A stretch of 64,000 nucleotides of DNA from a virus, in the IMG/VR virus record IMGVR_UViG_3300006141_000001; one strand, given 5' to 3'. The position numbers and the translations under genes were made by a program. This document shows positions 11,201 through 21,015 of this stretch, piece by piece. The notes below the pieces were generated by a model. It did not search any database. It saw nothing but the letters and a program-made list of their open reading frames with translations, and had not been told where the DNA came from. Each line of letters opens with the position of its first letter. Positions within the stretch are counted from its first letter, which is position 1.

Positions 11201-13699
11201 AAAAATATTGAGGCATTGATTGGAGATGTTGATGCTATAAAGAACCAGGTGGATGGGAAGATTGACACCTGGTTTTTTGATTATGAGCCTTCTGATGATA
11301 AGGAGCCGACAAAAACATGGATCCAAAACAATGAAGAGGAAAGCCATAAAGGGGACTTATTTTATTGTACATCACAGGACAACCAGCATTCGTACCGTTA
11401 TATCTATAACCAAAATACTGGAAAATATGAATGGATGCTTATTGTCGATTCTGACATCACAAGTGCATTGGAGTTGGCTTCAAAAGCAAAAGATACAGCC
11501 GACAATAAACGCAGGATTTTTGTGGTGCAACCGTCTCCTCCATATGATGAGGGGGATTTATGGGTGCAGGGGAAAGATGGGGATATCCTGCACTGCATAA
11601 TCCCAAAATTAGATATGGAGATTTTTTCACAATCAGACTGGGCAAAATCCAGCAAATATACAGATGACACAAAAGCCCAGGAAGCGTTGGTAAAAGCACA
11701 GGCAGCGATTGACGATGCTGTAAAAGCAGTTACAACATCTAAAAATTATACGAATAATCAATGCAATAATCTCTCAAATAATCTAACAAACGCCTATAAG
11801 TCATATACTGATAGCGAGGTATCTGCTTTGGACAAAGCTGTGTCTGGGTATTTGGGGATTGATGGGGGAACTCTTATTGGTGGTAGCTATATAATCTCTC
11901 CCTATATTGGAGGCGGATATCTTGACATTACTAATGATGATGGAGAAAAACGTGTGATTATAGACCCAAAAGGGTTAAGCAATACAGATTACATATTCCA
12001 GGTACATAACGGAAAAGAAATTTCTGTTGGTATAAAAGCTGATGGCAATGTTGAAATCAGAGGGACGATATATGCAAAAAACGGGGAATTTTCTGGGCAA
12101 TTAAAATCACCTACTGGACAGATTGGAGGATTTTATATAAACGAGAATTCTTTGTTCTGTAATAACCCGACTAGTGAAACAATAAAGATGTCAAGCTCAA
12201 ATTATACAAAAGTGATAAATGGAAAGAGAATAGATAATCTCAGAATGTCTTTTGGAAATAATTTTGGGGTAACAGAAGAAGGCAAGCTGTATTGTGGGAA
12301 TGCTGAAATTTCTGGAAAAGCGAATATAACCGGCGGATATATTGGTGGATGGACAATCAATTCTTCTTCTATTTTTTATGGATTTTTACATGACAACAAG
12401 CCTGGCTATATTGGGCTTTCAACATCTGATTTCACAAGGGTAATTAATGGAGAACAATTATCTGGCTTAAGGTTTGCGATAGCGGATAATTTTGCTGTGA
12501 CAAAAGATGGGAAGTTATACGTGTCAGGAGGATCTATTGGAGGATTTAATATAAATAGTTCTTATTTATCTATCAACACAAGCAGTTTAGGCGGAAACAA
12601 TAATAGCATTTATATTGGAGAAAACGGGATAAGCTGTGGCACTGGTTTTGTCGTAACAAAAAATGGTTTCTGCAAAATAAAAGGAAATATTTCTTCTCAT
12701 GGGTCATTTACGCTTGTAGGAGGCTTATGGGATTATTCTAAGCCATGGGAGCCAGTATTCACAGAAGATGGGAATGCAATAACAATGTATCCACGTCAGA
12801 TTTCGTATACAAGCACTTCCTTGCCTCCTGGGAGGGCGGCAGTTAACCTTTATGTTGACAATGGGATAGAAACACCAGCTATATTTATAGGCACGAGATC
12901 TAAGCCTTTTACTTTGCTTACTGAAAATGGGATGTTTAGGGAAGATGCTAACACAAATACTGGACTGTCCTGTTTTTTAAATTTTAAAAGTGATATCCTT
13001 GGTACACATGGGAACGTTGGAGTAGACGGATTTTTTGATGATGTCACCATTTCTGGCTCCATGAATCCAAAAAACACATCTTCTACAATCGGTCTGTCTA
13101 GCCGCCCATGGAATTATCTCTATGTTAATAAGATACGGCTTGTGGACGCATCCCTAAATTGCGAATGGGCAGATGACAGCATCCATAATATATTGTCTGT
13201 AGAAAATAAGCTTGACATGTATTTAGGATGGAATGGCGTTGCAAATGGAAAGACTTACGATTCAAAATTGATACTTCGTGGGAATTCTATTCGGCTGAAA
13301 AATACATCAGGCACAGTAGTCACATCAGATGAACGCCTTAAAAATTCATTTATGGGTATGGATAGGTATGAAGGGTTCTTTAATGATTTGGAACCATGTT
13401 TTTTCAAATACAATAATGGCGCAAGCGGAAGATATCATAGCGGGTTTAAGGCACAGCAGGTATTGGAATCTTTGAAAAAGAATGGACTGACTTCAAATGA
13501 CTTTGCAGGATTTGTAAAATATGAAGTATCTGAGGACAGTAGCGAATATAATGGGCTTGATGAAGAATATGGCCTAATTTATAGTGAGTTTACAGCATTA
13601 AATACCTATATGGTTCAAAAATTATGGAAAGAAAATAAAGAATTAAAAAAAAGAATAGAAAGGTTAGAAGGCATCTTGGAAGAACAAGGTGCCTTTTAA
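8288..13699 (+). CDS. Tail-associated protein / tail spike (Tal-like N-terminus, GxIGGF repeats, C-terminal peptidase S74 intramolecular chaperone)
   Basis: AAGGAGG RBS; PYDEGDLWV phage tail motif, repeated GQIGGFYI/GYIGGWTI/GSIGGFNI, C-terminal TSDERLKN...GFKAQQV...YSEF plus coiled coil. Confidence 0.85.
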   Translation: MAKIVLDKNNNVEMPRLILQNRNFDTIGLITDAHEFSYKENFNSANEIPQFVTYKYKNGKIHPLWDKIVDNKILYIPEFKERFEISVSTSENNLTQKTITCTSLCESELSNIKLYDIEINTETDILNPDYDEKFPTLFYRDPIDYPEKTEKEVKRASLLHRLLEKAPHYSIRYVQESLKKSEKVATFSISDTDIYSELTGEIAQEFGCIFIFDSLKREISVYDLYNTCGNNECKYRGDFSDKCPECGSTEFGGQYGDDTTIFISNENLSTEISLTTNKDSMKNCFFVEGGDDVMTSTIRAINPNGSQYIFMITEEMKNDMPSELVSVLNEYDELYKKYNETNEYSLTRNCVDNYNSVVDYVNERFPLIADGTKKDRYSNVDYVLVGYPATTKAMYEAVDLYGFVNDSMLPTVDTSALGIDDSMQAIIDGFMDGFGGDGESFSNEVALNNHMDAIVSIVENAIKNTAKVFYNSAYYTFELKRDSYTAPSPKDTTGIWTGKFILTSISERDENGDKIKRESGIVEITVSGNEALFLEQKIYRLMSNKDEVALYDITNIKMEESTFKTQLGYYSLSELTNLLNSFKACSELLYSTEITVDILSKDILEKYQNFYKTRESYIEDEIKKRQEMVNAIKLFYYFNPLTGECSGDLYEHRYRTNTILDFERFIKNKPNGLKLWNTFCSYRMEDKYSNSNYISDGLTDAEVVDKAQKLLEDARKELYKASHPQYTLSATMNNLLALEEFQPLKDYFSVGNWVRLKIDDNIFRLRLLSYQVDFDEIQSIDVEFSTVESIWSGESDIKSIMDSAENITKSYSGVVHQMDKSKGTTTYVQNWLTEGFNATLTKFVNDNDQDIVIDGHGILCRKFDDIFGNYSPYQLRVVKNGLYTTHDNWLTIDTGIGRISYIDPETGERVDDYGVIAKTIIGKLFIGEKLKIYGANNSVILDENGITLDGGTIKFTSKLSKDSVEGIDDFEKNIEALIGDVDAIKNQVDGKIDTWFFDYEPSDDKEPTKTWIQNNEEESHKGDLFYCTSQDNQHSYRYIYNQNTGKYEWMLIVDSDITSALELASKAKDTADNKRRIFVVQPSPPYDEGDLWVQGKDGDILHCIIPKLDMEIFSQSDWAKSSKYTDDTKAQEALVKAQAAIDDAVKAVTTSKNYTNNQCNNLSNNLTNAYKSYTDSEVSALDKAVSGYLGIDGGTLIGGSYIISPYIGGGYLDITNDDGEKRVIIDPKGLSNTDYIFQVHNGKEISVGIKADGNVEIRGTIYAKNGEFSGQLKSPTGQIGGFYINENSLFCNNPTSETIKMSSSNYTKVINGKRIDNLRMSFGNNFGVTEEGKLYCGNAEISGKANITGGYIGGWTINSSSIFYGFLHDNKPGYIGLSTSDFTRVINGEQLSGLRFAIADNFAVTKDGKLYVSGGSIGGFNINSSYLSINTSSLGGNNNSIYIGENGISCGTGFVVTKNGFCKIKGNISSHGSFTLVGGLWDYSKPWEPVFTEDGNAITMYPRQISYTSTSLPPGRAAVNLYVDNGIETPAIFIGTRSKPFTLLTENGMFREDANTNTGLSCFLNFKSDILGTHGNVGVDGFFDDVTISGSMNPKNTSSTIGLSSRPWNYLYVNKIRLVDASLNCEWADDSIHNILSVENKLDMYLGWNGVANGKTYDSKLILRGNSIRLKNTSGTVVTSDERLKNSFMGMDRYEGFFNDLEPCFFKYNNGASGRYHSGFKAQQVLESLKKNGLTSNDFAGFVKYEVSEDSSEYNGLDEEYGLIYSEFTALNTYMVQKLWKENKELKKRIERLEGILEEQGAF

Positions 13700-13710
13700 A
13701 TGGTGATAAT

Positions 13711-14088
13711 ATGGAATTAACTGGGTTACAGGTTATAAATATTTTTAATGCTTTGGAGAATTTATCTGAAAAAGAATTTGACTTAGACACAACCTGCAAT
13801 ATTGTAAAAAACAGCAAAGAGTTATCTATTGCAAAAAAAGTGATTGATGACAGAAGGGACAGGCTATTGGCAGAATATGCAGAAAAAGATGAAGATGGCA
13901 ACATAAAACAGGAAGAAAATGGGATGATCCATATAACTAATATCAATGTATTCCAGGAAGAATGCAATAAATTCCTTTTTGCAAAAACAGATGTGGATAT
14001 TATTAAAATTAGGAAAGGGTCATTGGCTGACGTAAAGATATCCCCTAAAGACTATCATATTTTAGAAGAAATTCTTTCAGAGGATTAA
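13711..14088 (+). CDS. Phage tail-region protein (DUF1617-like)
   Basis: Position among tail genes; LLAEYAEKDEDGN motif. Confidence 0.6.
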   Translation: MELTGLQVINIFNALENLSEKEFDLDTTCNIVKNSKELSIAKKVIDDRRDRLLAEYAEKDEDGNIKQEENGMIHITNINVFQEECNKFLFAKTDVDIIKIRKGSLADVKISPKDYHILEEILSED

Positions 14089-14092
14089 AGCC

Positions 14093-14902
14093 ATGTATTG
14101 CACTAATTTTGAATATGCTGGGGAGAAACTTTCGGATTATGGCATGATTGTATGCTCGTTTGGGGGCAAGGGGCTTGAAACTGTCTCATCTGGGGCAGAC
14201 ATAACATTCACCCAGGCCTCCCCATCAATGTCCAACCATTTCAACCTATATTCGTCTAATTATGAAGAGCCATTTTCATGCACTTTTCAGATATGCAAGG
14301 ATCCGAAGCTTGTGCATTCTGCTGATGAAATGGCAATTTCAATACGTGAAATGTCTGCCGTCCAGCGATGGCTGTGCAGGAAAAATAGGTATTTTAAGTT
14401 CAAAATATTCCAGGAAGGATATGAGCATGTCTACTGGAATGCCACTTTTTCTGCAAAGCAGATAAATGTTGGAGGAGTGCCCATCGGATTAGAAGTTGAG
14501 ATGCATACGGATTCTCCATATGCTTACATGGATGACATTGTAATTGAAAAGGAAAGTGTTGACTTCCTAACTTTCGATATTTACGATCCATCCGATGAAG
14601 TAGGGGATATCCGCCTTAACCTAGAGATTGAGTTCCTTGAGAATGGAAAATTCAATCTTATAAATATGACTACTGGGAAAATAACAGTAATAGACGGATG
14701 TGAATATGGGGAGAAAATAATAATTGACGGAAAGAACTGCATTATAACAACATCTTCTTCTGAACATCTTTTGTCAAATAATTTCAATTATGTTTTTCCA
14801 ACAATCACAAATTCTTATGAAGACAATAAAACAACATTTATGTGCAATATGCCATGCAAAATAAAACTATCCTACTCTCCTATTCGGAAAGTTGGATTAT
14901 AA
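14093..14902 (+). CDS. Distal tail protein (Dit-like)
   Basis: N-terminal FEYAGEKLSDYG, VQRWL, TDSPYAY, GEKIIIDG motifs typical of siphophage Dit. Confidence 0.75.
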   Translation: MYCTNFEYAGEKLSDYGMIVCSFGGKGLETVSSGADITFTQASPSMSNHFNLYSSNYEEPFSCTFQICKDPKLVHSADEMAISIREMSAVQRWLCRKNRYFKFKIFQEGYEHVYWNATFSAKQINVGGVPIGLEVEMHTDSPYAYMDDIVIEKESVDFLTFDIYDPSDEVGDIRLNLEIEFLENGKFNLINMTTGKITVIDGCEYGEKIIIDGKNCIITTSSSEHLLSNNFNYVFPTITNSYEDNKTTFMCNMPCKIKLSYSPIRKVGL

Positions 14903-14922
14903 AATATTAGGAAGGAGGCACT

Positions 14923-17900
14923 ATGGGATTAGAAACAATACAAAAAATAACTTTAGATTTTACTGTCCCCCGCATTAAAAATGTACGCTGTATTGAGGAT
15001 GACAGTAATTCTAGGACAATAAAAATCAATATCACGAATAATGGTGAGGCGTATCCATTGGATAGCGGATCTATGGATGTAAAATATAAGATACATAAGC
15101 CAGACCATACTTACATATATAATGCCGTACCCATAGACAATGATGGAGGTGTCACAATAAAGCTTCCAGACCAGGCAATGGCCGTTCCTGGCATATCAAA
15201 ATCGGAGCTGCAGGTATCTGAGTCTAAAAACGGGAAAATCATTTCTACAATGCCGTTCAATATCATCGTTGAGAAATCTGTATTGACAAGTCAAGATATC
15301 ATATCTAAAAGCGAGTCAGATGTATTTGGCAATATTATCGAACATATCACAGATCATAATAATCCACATAAAGTAACGGCAGAACAGTTAAATATCCATA
15401 TTGCTACTGAAACGGATCCAGGGCTTGTCAAGTCTGGGACTGATATTGAAGTAGATGTTTTTGGCAATGTAAGTGTAAAAGATTATTCTCATCTTCATTA
15501 TGTCAACAATATAAAAGACTTATCTGCTACTTCAACTGAATTAAATTACTCTGTTGGTGTTACAAGCGGGATACAGGATCAGATTGACAGCAAGGCAGAT
15601 ATAGACAGCCCAGTCTTAATAGGAATACCAAAGGCTCCGACACCTCCTCCAGGCACAGAAACTGAACAGATTGCAACGACAGAATTTGTCCAAGATGTAA
15701 AAAACAGTTTAGATACAGATATTAGCGGAAAAGTTGATAAGGTTGATGGAAAAGGGCTTTCCACAAATGACTATACAGATACAGATAAAAACAAATTAGA
15801 TGGAATTGAATCTGGTGCAGAAGTAAACGTAAAATCTGACTGGAATGAAACAGACCAGTCATCTGATTCATATATTGAAAATAAACCAAAAATACCGTCA
15901 AAGCCAGAGGATGTCGGGGCAGCCCCTTCCACCCATGCGCATCCAAATGCAACAATAACTGATCCTGGCTTCATGTCCTCATCTGACAAAGAAAAACTTG
16001 ACGGGATTGAAGCTGGCGCAAATAAATATATCCACCCTTCTACCCATCCTGCGTCAATGATTTCACAAGATTCAACACACAGATTCGTCACGGATAACGA
16101 AAAAACTGCTTGGAATAAAACTTATGAGCAGTCAACAAAATATATTGATGGGAAAATTGCAGATTTGATTGGGACTGCGGATGAGGCAATGAACACATTA
16201 GGCGAATTATCTGATGCTATCAAGAAAAATGGGGACACTGTAAAGGCCATCAATGATGCGATCGGCAAGAAGGCAAACCAATCTGAACTGGATACTCATG
16301 TCAATAACAGCACTATCCATGTAACTGCAACGGATAAAGAGAATTGGAATAAGGATATTGCAGAGCGTGAAATTACATTTGCCCCAGCAACAACAAGGAC
16401 TAATATTTCTACAGGAGATAAATTAAAGACCATATTAGGGAAAATCGCAAAATGGTTTTCTGATTTAAAGACAGTTGCATTTACTGGGAGTTATAATGAC
16501 CTGAAAGATAAGCCTTCGATCCCACCCGAATATACGCATCCAACATATACAGGTAAGACAAGTGGACTGTATAAAATTGCAGTAGACGGCACTGGACATG
16601 TAAGCGCAACGACCGCAGTGAAAAAATCAGATATTACGGCACTTGGAATCCCAGGAACTGATACAGATACCACATATGATGAAGCAACCAGTTCAAAATC
16701 TGGACTTATGAGTGCTGCGGATAAAGCTAAAATTGATGGGATTGCTACAGGTGCGAATAAATATGTGCATCCAAATTATACAAGCAAAGTAAATGGACTG
16801 TACAAGATTACTGTCGATGGTAGTGGTCATGTAAGCGAAACATCGCTCGCAAAAAAAACAGATATTACAGCACTTGGAATCCCTTCTACAGATACCACTT
16901 ATTCTACTGGTACTGCCAGTACAGGTGGAATAACAAAATTATACGGCAATACTGGTTCTAATACAGACGGCACTATGACTCAAAGAGCTATTACAGACGA
17001 ACTGAAGAATAAGGCTTCCAGCAATCATACACATTCTTATAATGACCTAACAGATAAGCCTTCCATCCCTTCTGCGTACGTGCATCCAACCACAAGTGGG
17101 CATAAACATATCCCATCTGGTGGGACTTCTGGGCAGATTTTGCGCTGGGCTGCGGATGGCACTGCCACATGGGGAACAGATAACGATACGACCTATGGCG
17201 TTGCAACTGCAAATAATGCTGGACTTATGAGCGCGGCAGATAAGGCGAAATTAGATACCATTGCATCTGGCGCAACTTCTGATTCTTATACGCACCCTGC
17301 TTATACCAGTCGGACTTCTGGGCTTTATAAAATTACTGTTGATGGGACTGGGCATGTAAGTAATACATCATCTGTAACAAAAAATGACATTACAGCTCTT
17401 GGAATCTCTGATAACAGTCATACTCATAATAATTATCTTCCATTGTCTGGCGGGACTATGACGGGATCTATAATTCTAAATAGAGATGGGACAAATCCCA
17501 CAGCATCAATTATTCAAAAGCAGGCCAATACTTCACATTGCACCGATTTAGCAATGTGGGATGATGGGCTTAATGGAAGCAATAAATATCTTCCGGGCAT
17601 AAACAGATTTAACAAGGGTGGAGATGGTACAGGTTCTATTACATTACTACCATACGCAACAAATGCTACTCCATATAATGGGAATGTGGGCTTGTATATT
17701 GGAAAAAATATTTTGAAGCTGGATGGTGAAAATATTCCTACACAAGATTATTTGGATGCGCATTATGTTGCTGATTATATTTCTGCACACCAAGACACAT
17801 TCCCTTCAAAAGGGTGGTATAGGATTGCATTGTATTCAGCATCAGGATATACTGTTGGTACAGCAAACGCTTATGCAGAACTTTCCTGTGATATAACAAT

Positions 17901-20262
17901 AAAGCGTTCATGGCACAATTCATCTCCTGATTTCCATTGTTTGCAGTTGTTAGTCTCTAATAATTCAACCAAATTTGTATCTATTGCCCATAAAAACACA
18001 AATGCGTTTACAAAGATGCGCCTTACGCTTGCTAATGGAAAAGTATATATTGAAGCGTATTATAATTTAGACACATTCAATAGGGCATATTATTCAATTG
18101 ACAAAGCCAAGGGCTTAGACTCTAGCAAATGGACAGCAATAGCCTTAGAAGCCGTAGGAGATACATATAGCGGGATGACTGTTCTTGCTTCGATAGATTT
18201 TCCAGATGATTTTGATTTAGGGAATCCTGTTGGGTTAGAAAAATTCCACACATACTATCTACAATCTTCTACTGCTAATTTAGACACTGACTTAAAGAAT
18301 TTTTATGATAATCTGACAGATGAAAATTTTGTCGTTTATATGGATGCTGGGGCAACATATAGAGTCGATGGTTATAAAAAGGGACAATATGGGGTTCTGA
18401 GGAAATGTGTGTATGTGTCAAAAGACAATGCAGTTGTAACAGAACAATGTGCCTGTATAAATGGCATATGGGGTGATTGGCACAAAGAATATACAGAGGC
18501 GTATAAGCCTACATCTGATGAAATTGGAGCTGCCGCTGCAGACGGGAGTAATGTCAATGGCATGTGGAGAAATTTGTCCTCTGGCACAGTTTATGGCGAA
18601 TACACACAAAATGGCGGTTCCCAGCCTCCTGCATATATACCAAAAAACCGCGTTAAATTCAATATGATGCGCCAATTCAAGGGATTGGCAGATATATCAA
18701 ACGCTTATATGGACTGTATGCTAATGGATTGCTATGAAGGTAATGATGTGCCATATGTGACGGGGTTTGGCATGGCAAAAGCAGGAGGTATTCCAAGAGC
18801 ATTCATTGCTGTTGGGTCAAAAGGAAACACTACCACATGGGGTTCCCAGGCTGAATTGATTACGACTGCTAATTACCAGGATTATTTGACTGGCGGGGGA
18901 AGTTCAGAAAGTGATTGGATAATTAATTCAGATGCAACAAAAAATGAAATGGACAGTACAGATACATATAAGCCTGGAATTTATGAATTAGCTGATATGG
19001 ATACAGGATTTTCTGGAGTAGGTGGTTGGGGAACAGTTTTACAGATGCCAAGCAGTGCTGCAAGTACTGGGGATAATTCCATGTTCAGAACTCAAATGTA
19101 TTTTGATAGTCTTAATGGTAGCTTATTCTATAGGACTTATACTACAAATAGTACAGAAAATCCGAATGGCTGGCATAGAATCTTAACGAATAATGATTTA
19201 TCTAGTTTGAGTGAGGGAAGCAACTTAATAGGAGAAACTACGAATAATTATACTATTTTAGGAAGTAATTGTAGAAATAATGGGAACAACGTAAGTTCGG
19301 TGGCTATAGGTGTAAATTCATATTTTTCAGGAAATAACTCAATCGCGATAGGGTCTACTTGTAGTTCAGGGATAAATTCGATTGCAATTGGGGGGCAATG
19401 TTATGCCAGCACCTTCAGTAATTCCGTAGCATTGGGATATTATGTTAAAAGTTCTAATAGTTCTGTTGTAATAGGAAGTAATTCAACTGCTACTAATGCT
19501 AGTGGATCTGTAGTCATTGGGAAAGACTCTTTGATAAGGGCAAATTCAAATTATTCAGTTGCAATAGGATATAATGCAATAGTTAGTTCCAGTAATTCCG
19601 TAGCTATTGGTTTTCATTCATTCGTAGGTAGTTCATCTCCCTGGTCAACAGCAATTGGATATAATACAAAAGTTACTCATAAATACTCTACCGCTATCGG
19701 ATATAACGCTGTTTCGTCTGGAAATAACTGCATTCAACTTGGAGACTCTACGGTTTCCTCTCTTCAATGCAAAGTTTCATTGACAATCACATCAGATGAA
19801 CGCGATAAAATTGATATTGAGCCAATTAATAAAAGTGCCGTTAAATTTTTAAACCACATTGAAGCATTTACGTATCAGTCGAATCAACGTATTCTATATA
19901 TTGATGAAGAGGAAAACTTATCAGAAAAAGATAAAGAAAATAAAGCTAAATATGGTATATGTACTTATGATAAAGTGGAACATTCCAAAGGAACTAAAAA
20001 GGGTTCCAGACGAAGGACGGGTGTTTCTGCTCAAAAAGTGCAACAAGCGTTGGAAGAAGTATACGGCACATCGTCATATGCAAATTTAGTGAATGATAAC
20101 TTATTTGATTATGATAAGGATGATATTCCAGAAGATGTGGAAAGCCAGTTGTCTGTAAATTACGAAGGATTTATTCCATTTTTGATTAAAGCAATACAGG
20201 AATTGAACCAAGAAATTGTTGGTTTGAAATCAGAAATTGACTCACTGAAGGGGAATGAATAA
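14923..20262 (+). CDS. Tail fibre / receptor-binding protein: BppU-like N-terminus, repeat shaft, YadA-like head repeats, S74 chaperone
   Basis: N-terminal DSNSRTIKI...KPD; GKGLSTNDYT and GLMSAADKAKLD fibre motifs; ~14-aa S(V/I)AIG repeats; TSDERDK C-terminus. Confidence 0.88.
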   Translation: MGLETIQKITLDFTVPRIKNVRCIEDDSNSRTIKINITNNGEAYPLDSGSMDVKYKIHKPDHTYIYNAVPIDNDGGVTIKLPDQAMAVPGISKSELQVSESKNGKIISTMPFNIIVEKSVLTSQDIISKSESDVFGNIIEHITDHNNPHKVTAEQLNIHIATETDPGLVKSGTDIEVDVFGNVSVKDYSHLHYVNNIKDLSATSTELNYSVGVTSGIQDQIDSKADIDSPVLIGIPKAPTPPPGTETEQIATTEFVQDVKNSLDTDISGKVDKVDGKGLSTNDYTDTDKNKLDGIESGAEVNVKSDWNETDQSSDSYIENKPKIPSKPEDVGAAPSTHAHPNATITDPGFMSSSDKEKLDGIEAGANKYIHPSTHPASMISQDSTHRFVTDNEKTAWNKTYEQSTKYIDGKIADLIGTADEAMNTLGELSDAIKKNGDTVKAINDAIGKKANQSELDTHVNNSTIHVTATDKENWNKDIAEREITFAPATTRTNISTGDKLKTILGKIAKWFSDLKTVAFTGSYNDLKDKPSIPPEYTHPTYTGKTSGLYKIAVDGTGHVSATTAVKKSDITALGIPGTDTDTTYDEATSSKSGLMSAADKAKIDGIATGANKYVHPNYTSKVNGLYKITVDGSGHVSETSLAKKTDITALGIPSTDTTYSTGTASTGGITKLYGNTGSNTDGTMTQRAITDELKNKASSNHTHSYNDLTDKPSIPSAYVHPTTSGHKHIPSGGTSGQILRWAADGTATWGTDNDTTYGVATANNAGLMSAADKAKLDTIASGATSDSYTHPAYTSRTSGLYKITVDGTGHVSNTSSVTKNDITALGISDNSHTHNNYLPLSGGTMTGSIILNRDGTNPTASIIQKQANTSHCTDLAMWDDGLNGSNKYLPGINRFNKGGDGTGSITLLPYATNATPYNGNVGLYIGKNILKLDGENIPTQDYLDAHYVADYISAHQDTFPSKGWYRIALYSASGYTVGTANAYAELSCDITIKRSWHNSSPDFHCLQLLVSNNSTKFVSIAHKNTNAFTKMRLTLANGKVYIEAYYNLDTFNRAYYSIDKAKGLDSSKWTAIALEAVGDTYSGMTVLASIDFPDDFDLGNPVGLEKFHTYYLQSSTANLDTDLKNFYDNLTDENFVVYMDAGATYRVDGYKKGQYGVLRKCVYVSKDNAVVTEQCACINGIWGDWHKEYTEAYKPTSDEIGAAAADGSNVNGMWRNLSSGTVYGEYTQNGGSQPPAYIPKNRVKFNMMRQFKGLADISNAYMDCMLMDCYEGNDVPYVTGFGMAKAGGIPRAFIAVGSKGNTTTWGSQAELITTANYQDYLTGGGSSESDWIINSDATKNEMDSTDTYKPGIYELADMDTGFSGVGGWGTVLQMPSSAASTGDNSMFRTQMYFDSLNGSLFYRTYTTNSTENPNGWHRILTNNDLSSLSEGSNLIGETTNNYTILGSNCRNNGNNVSSVAIGVNSYFSGNNSIAIGSTCSSGINSIAIGGQCYASTFSNSVALGYYVKSSNSSVVIGSNSTATNASGSVVIGKDSLIRANSNYSVAIGYNAIVSSSNSVAIGFHSFVGSSSPWSTAIGYNTKVTHKYSTAIGYNAVSSGNNCIQLGDSTVSSLQCKVSLTITSDERDKIDIEPINKSAVKFLNHIEAFTYQSNQRILYIDEEENLSEKDKENKAKYGICTYDKVEHSKGTKKGSRRRTGVSAQKVQQALEEVYGTSSYANLVNDNLFDYDKDDIPEDVESQLSVNYEGFIPFLIKAIQELNQEIVGLKSEIDSLKGNE
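16531..17406 (+). repeat. Three ~41-codon repeats within the fibre shaft
   Basis: Y(T/V)HPxYT...GLYKIxVDGxGHVS...DITALGI starting at ~16531, ~16762 and ~17287. Confidence 0.9.
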
Positions 20263-20271
20263 GTAATAAAT

Positions 20272-20306
20272 TAGGAATCCTAGTACCAAAATTACTAGGG
20301 TTCCTA
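20272..20306 (+). terminator. Terminator-like hairpin ending the tail operon
   Basis: TAGGAATCCTAGTA-CCAAAAT-TACTAGGGTTCCTA, 14-bp stem 10 bp after the fibre stop. Confidence 0.7.
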
Positions 20307-20329
20307 GTAAATAATTTAGAGGTAAAGAT

Positions 20330-20470
20330 ATGTATAACATTGAAGACGCAATACACTCAGAAAACGAGTTGCAACATAATGAAAATTCTTTTTATGACAT
20401 TTTTGAATAATATATAGATGAGGAAATAATAGAATATAAGCGCATGGGAGGAATACCTATTATAGAATAA
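20330..20470 (+). pseudogene. Small ORF with internal TAA
   Basis: GAGG RBS; MYNIEDAIHSENELQHNENSFYDIFE*YIDEEIIEYKRMGGIPIIE*. Confidence 0.4.
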
Positions 20471-20698
20471 TTACCTTTACATAAAAACAGGAGCAAACGT
20501 TTAAGGTAGGAAAATGGTTTACTCCTGTCTTAGTTAGGGATGAGCAAAAGCATGGAAATGAGAATTAAAAACACTCTTGTCAGCCTTGAAAAGGGTGAAA
20601 TCGTTTTGTCATCATAAATTATAAACAAAAACGGAACTTGAAACGTTGGTGTCATAGATGTTGGTGCTTTCTTTCAATTTAAAATTATAGTAGAAGGA

Positions 20699-20887
20699 AT
20701 GAGAAAAATGAAATATATTTTAAAAGAAAACCTGCAGCCAATTGTACATGGGTTTACAAATGATGATTATGAATCGGATTATGGTTTATTACGCGGTCAT
20801 TTGGTGGATGTTGCTGAGAGGGATTTGGATCAGGAAAATTGCTATGTTAATATTTGCAATAAAAATTTAGGTGAAGCAAGTTTTTAA
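20699..20887 (+). CDS. Hypothetical protein or remnant
   Basis: 62-aa ORF followed by a terminator. Confidence 0.4.
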   Translation: MRKMKYILKENLQPIVHGFTNDDYESDYGLLRGHLVDVAERDLDQENCYVNICNKNLGEASF

Positions 20888-20893
20888 TAATTT

Positions 20894-20932
20894 GGGCATA
20901 TCGGATGAAAAATCTGGTATGCCCATTTTTTT
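20894..20932 (+). terminator. Rho-independent terminator
   Basis: GGGCATATCGGA-loop-TCTGGTATGCCC followed by a T7 tract. Confidence 0.85.
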
Positions 20933-20942
20933 ACGATTTTGT

Positions 20943-20971
20943 TTGACAATGCTTATTCTGTCTGTAATAAT
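20943..20971 (+). promoter_or_regulatory. Sigma-A-type promoter of the Ig-like moron
   Basis: TTGACA-17 bp-AATAAT with TG extension. Confidence 0.65.
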
Positions 20972-21015
20972 AAATATAAAGCCTATAATAAATAGATAGA
21001 AATGGGAGGAAAAAT

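Noticed and set aside
16489-19740. CRISPR array or DGR template/variable repeats
   Set aside because: Repeats are in-frame coding repeats diverged at synonymous sites, not adenine-specific; no reverse transcriptase or cas gene in the window
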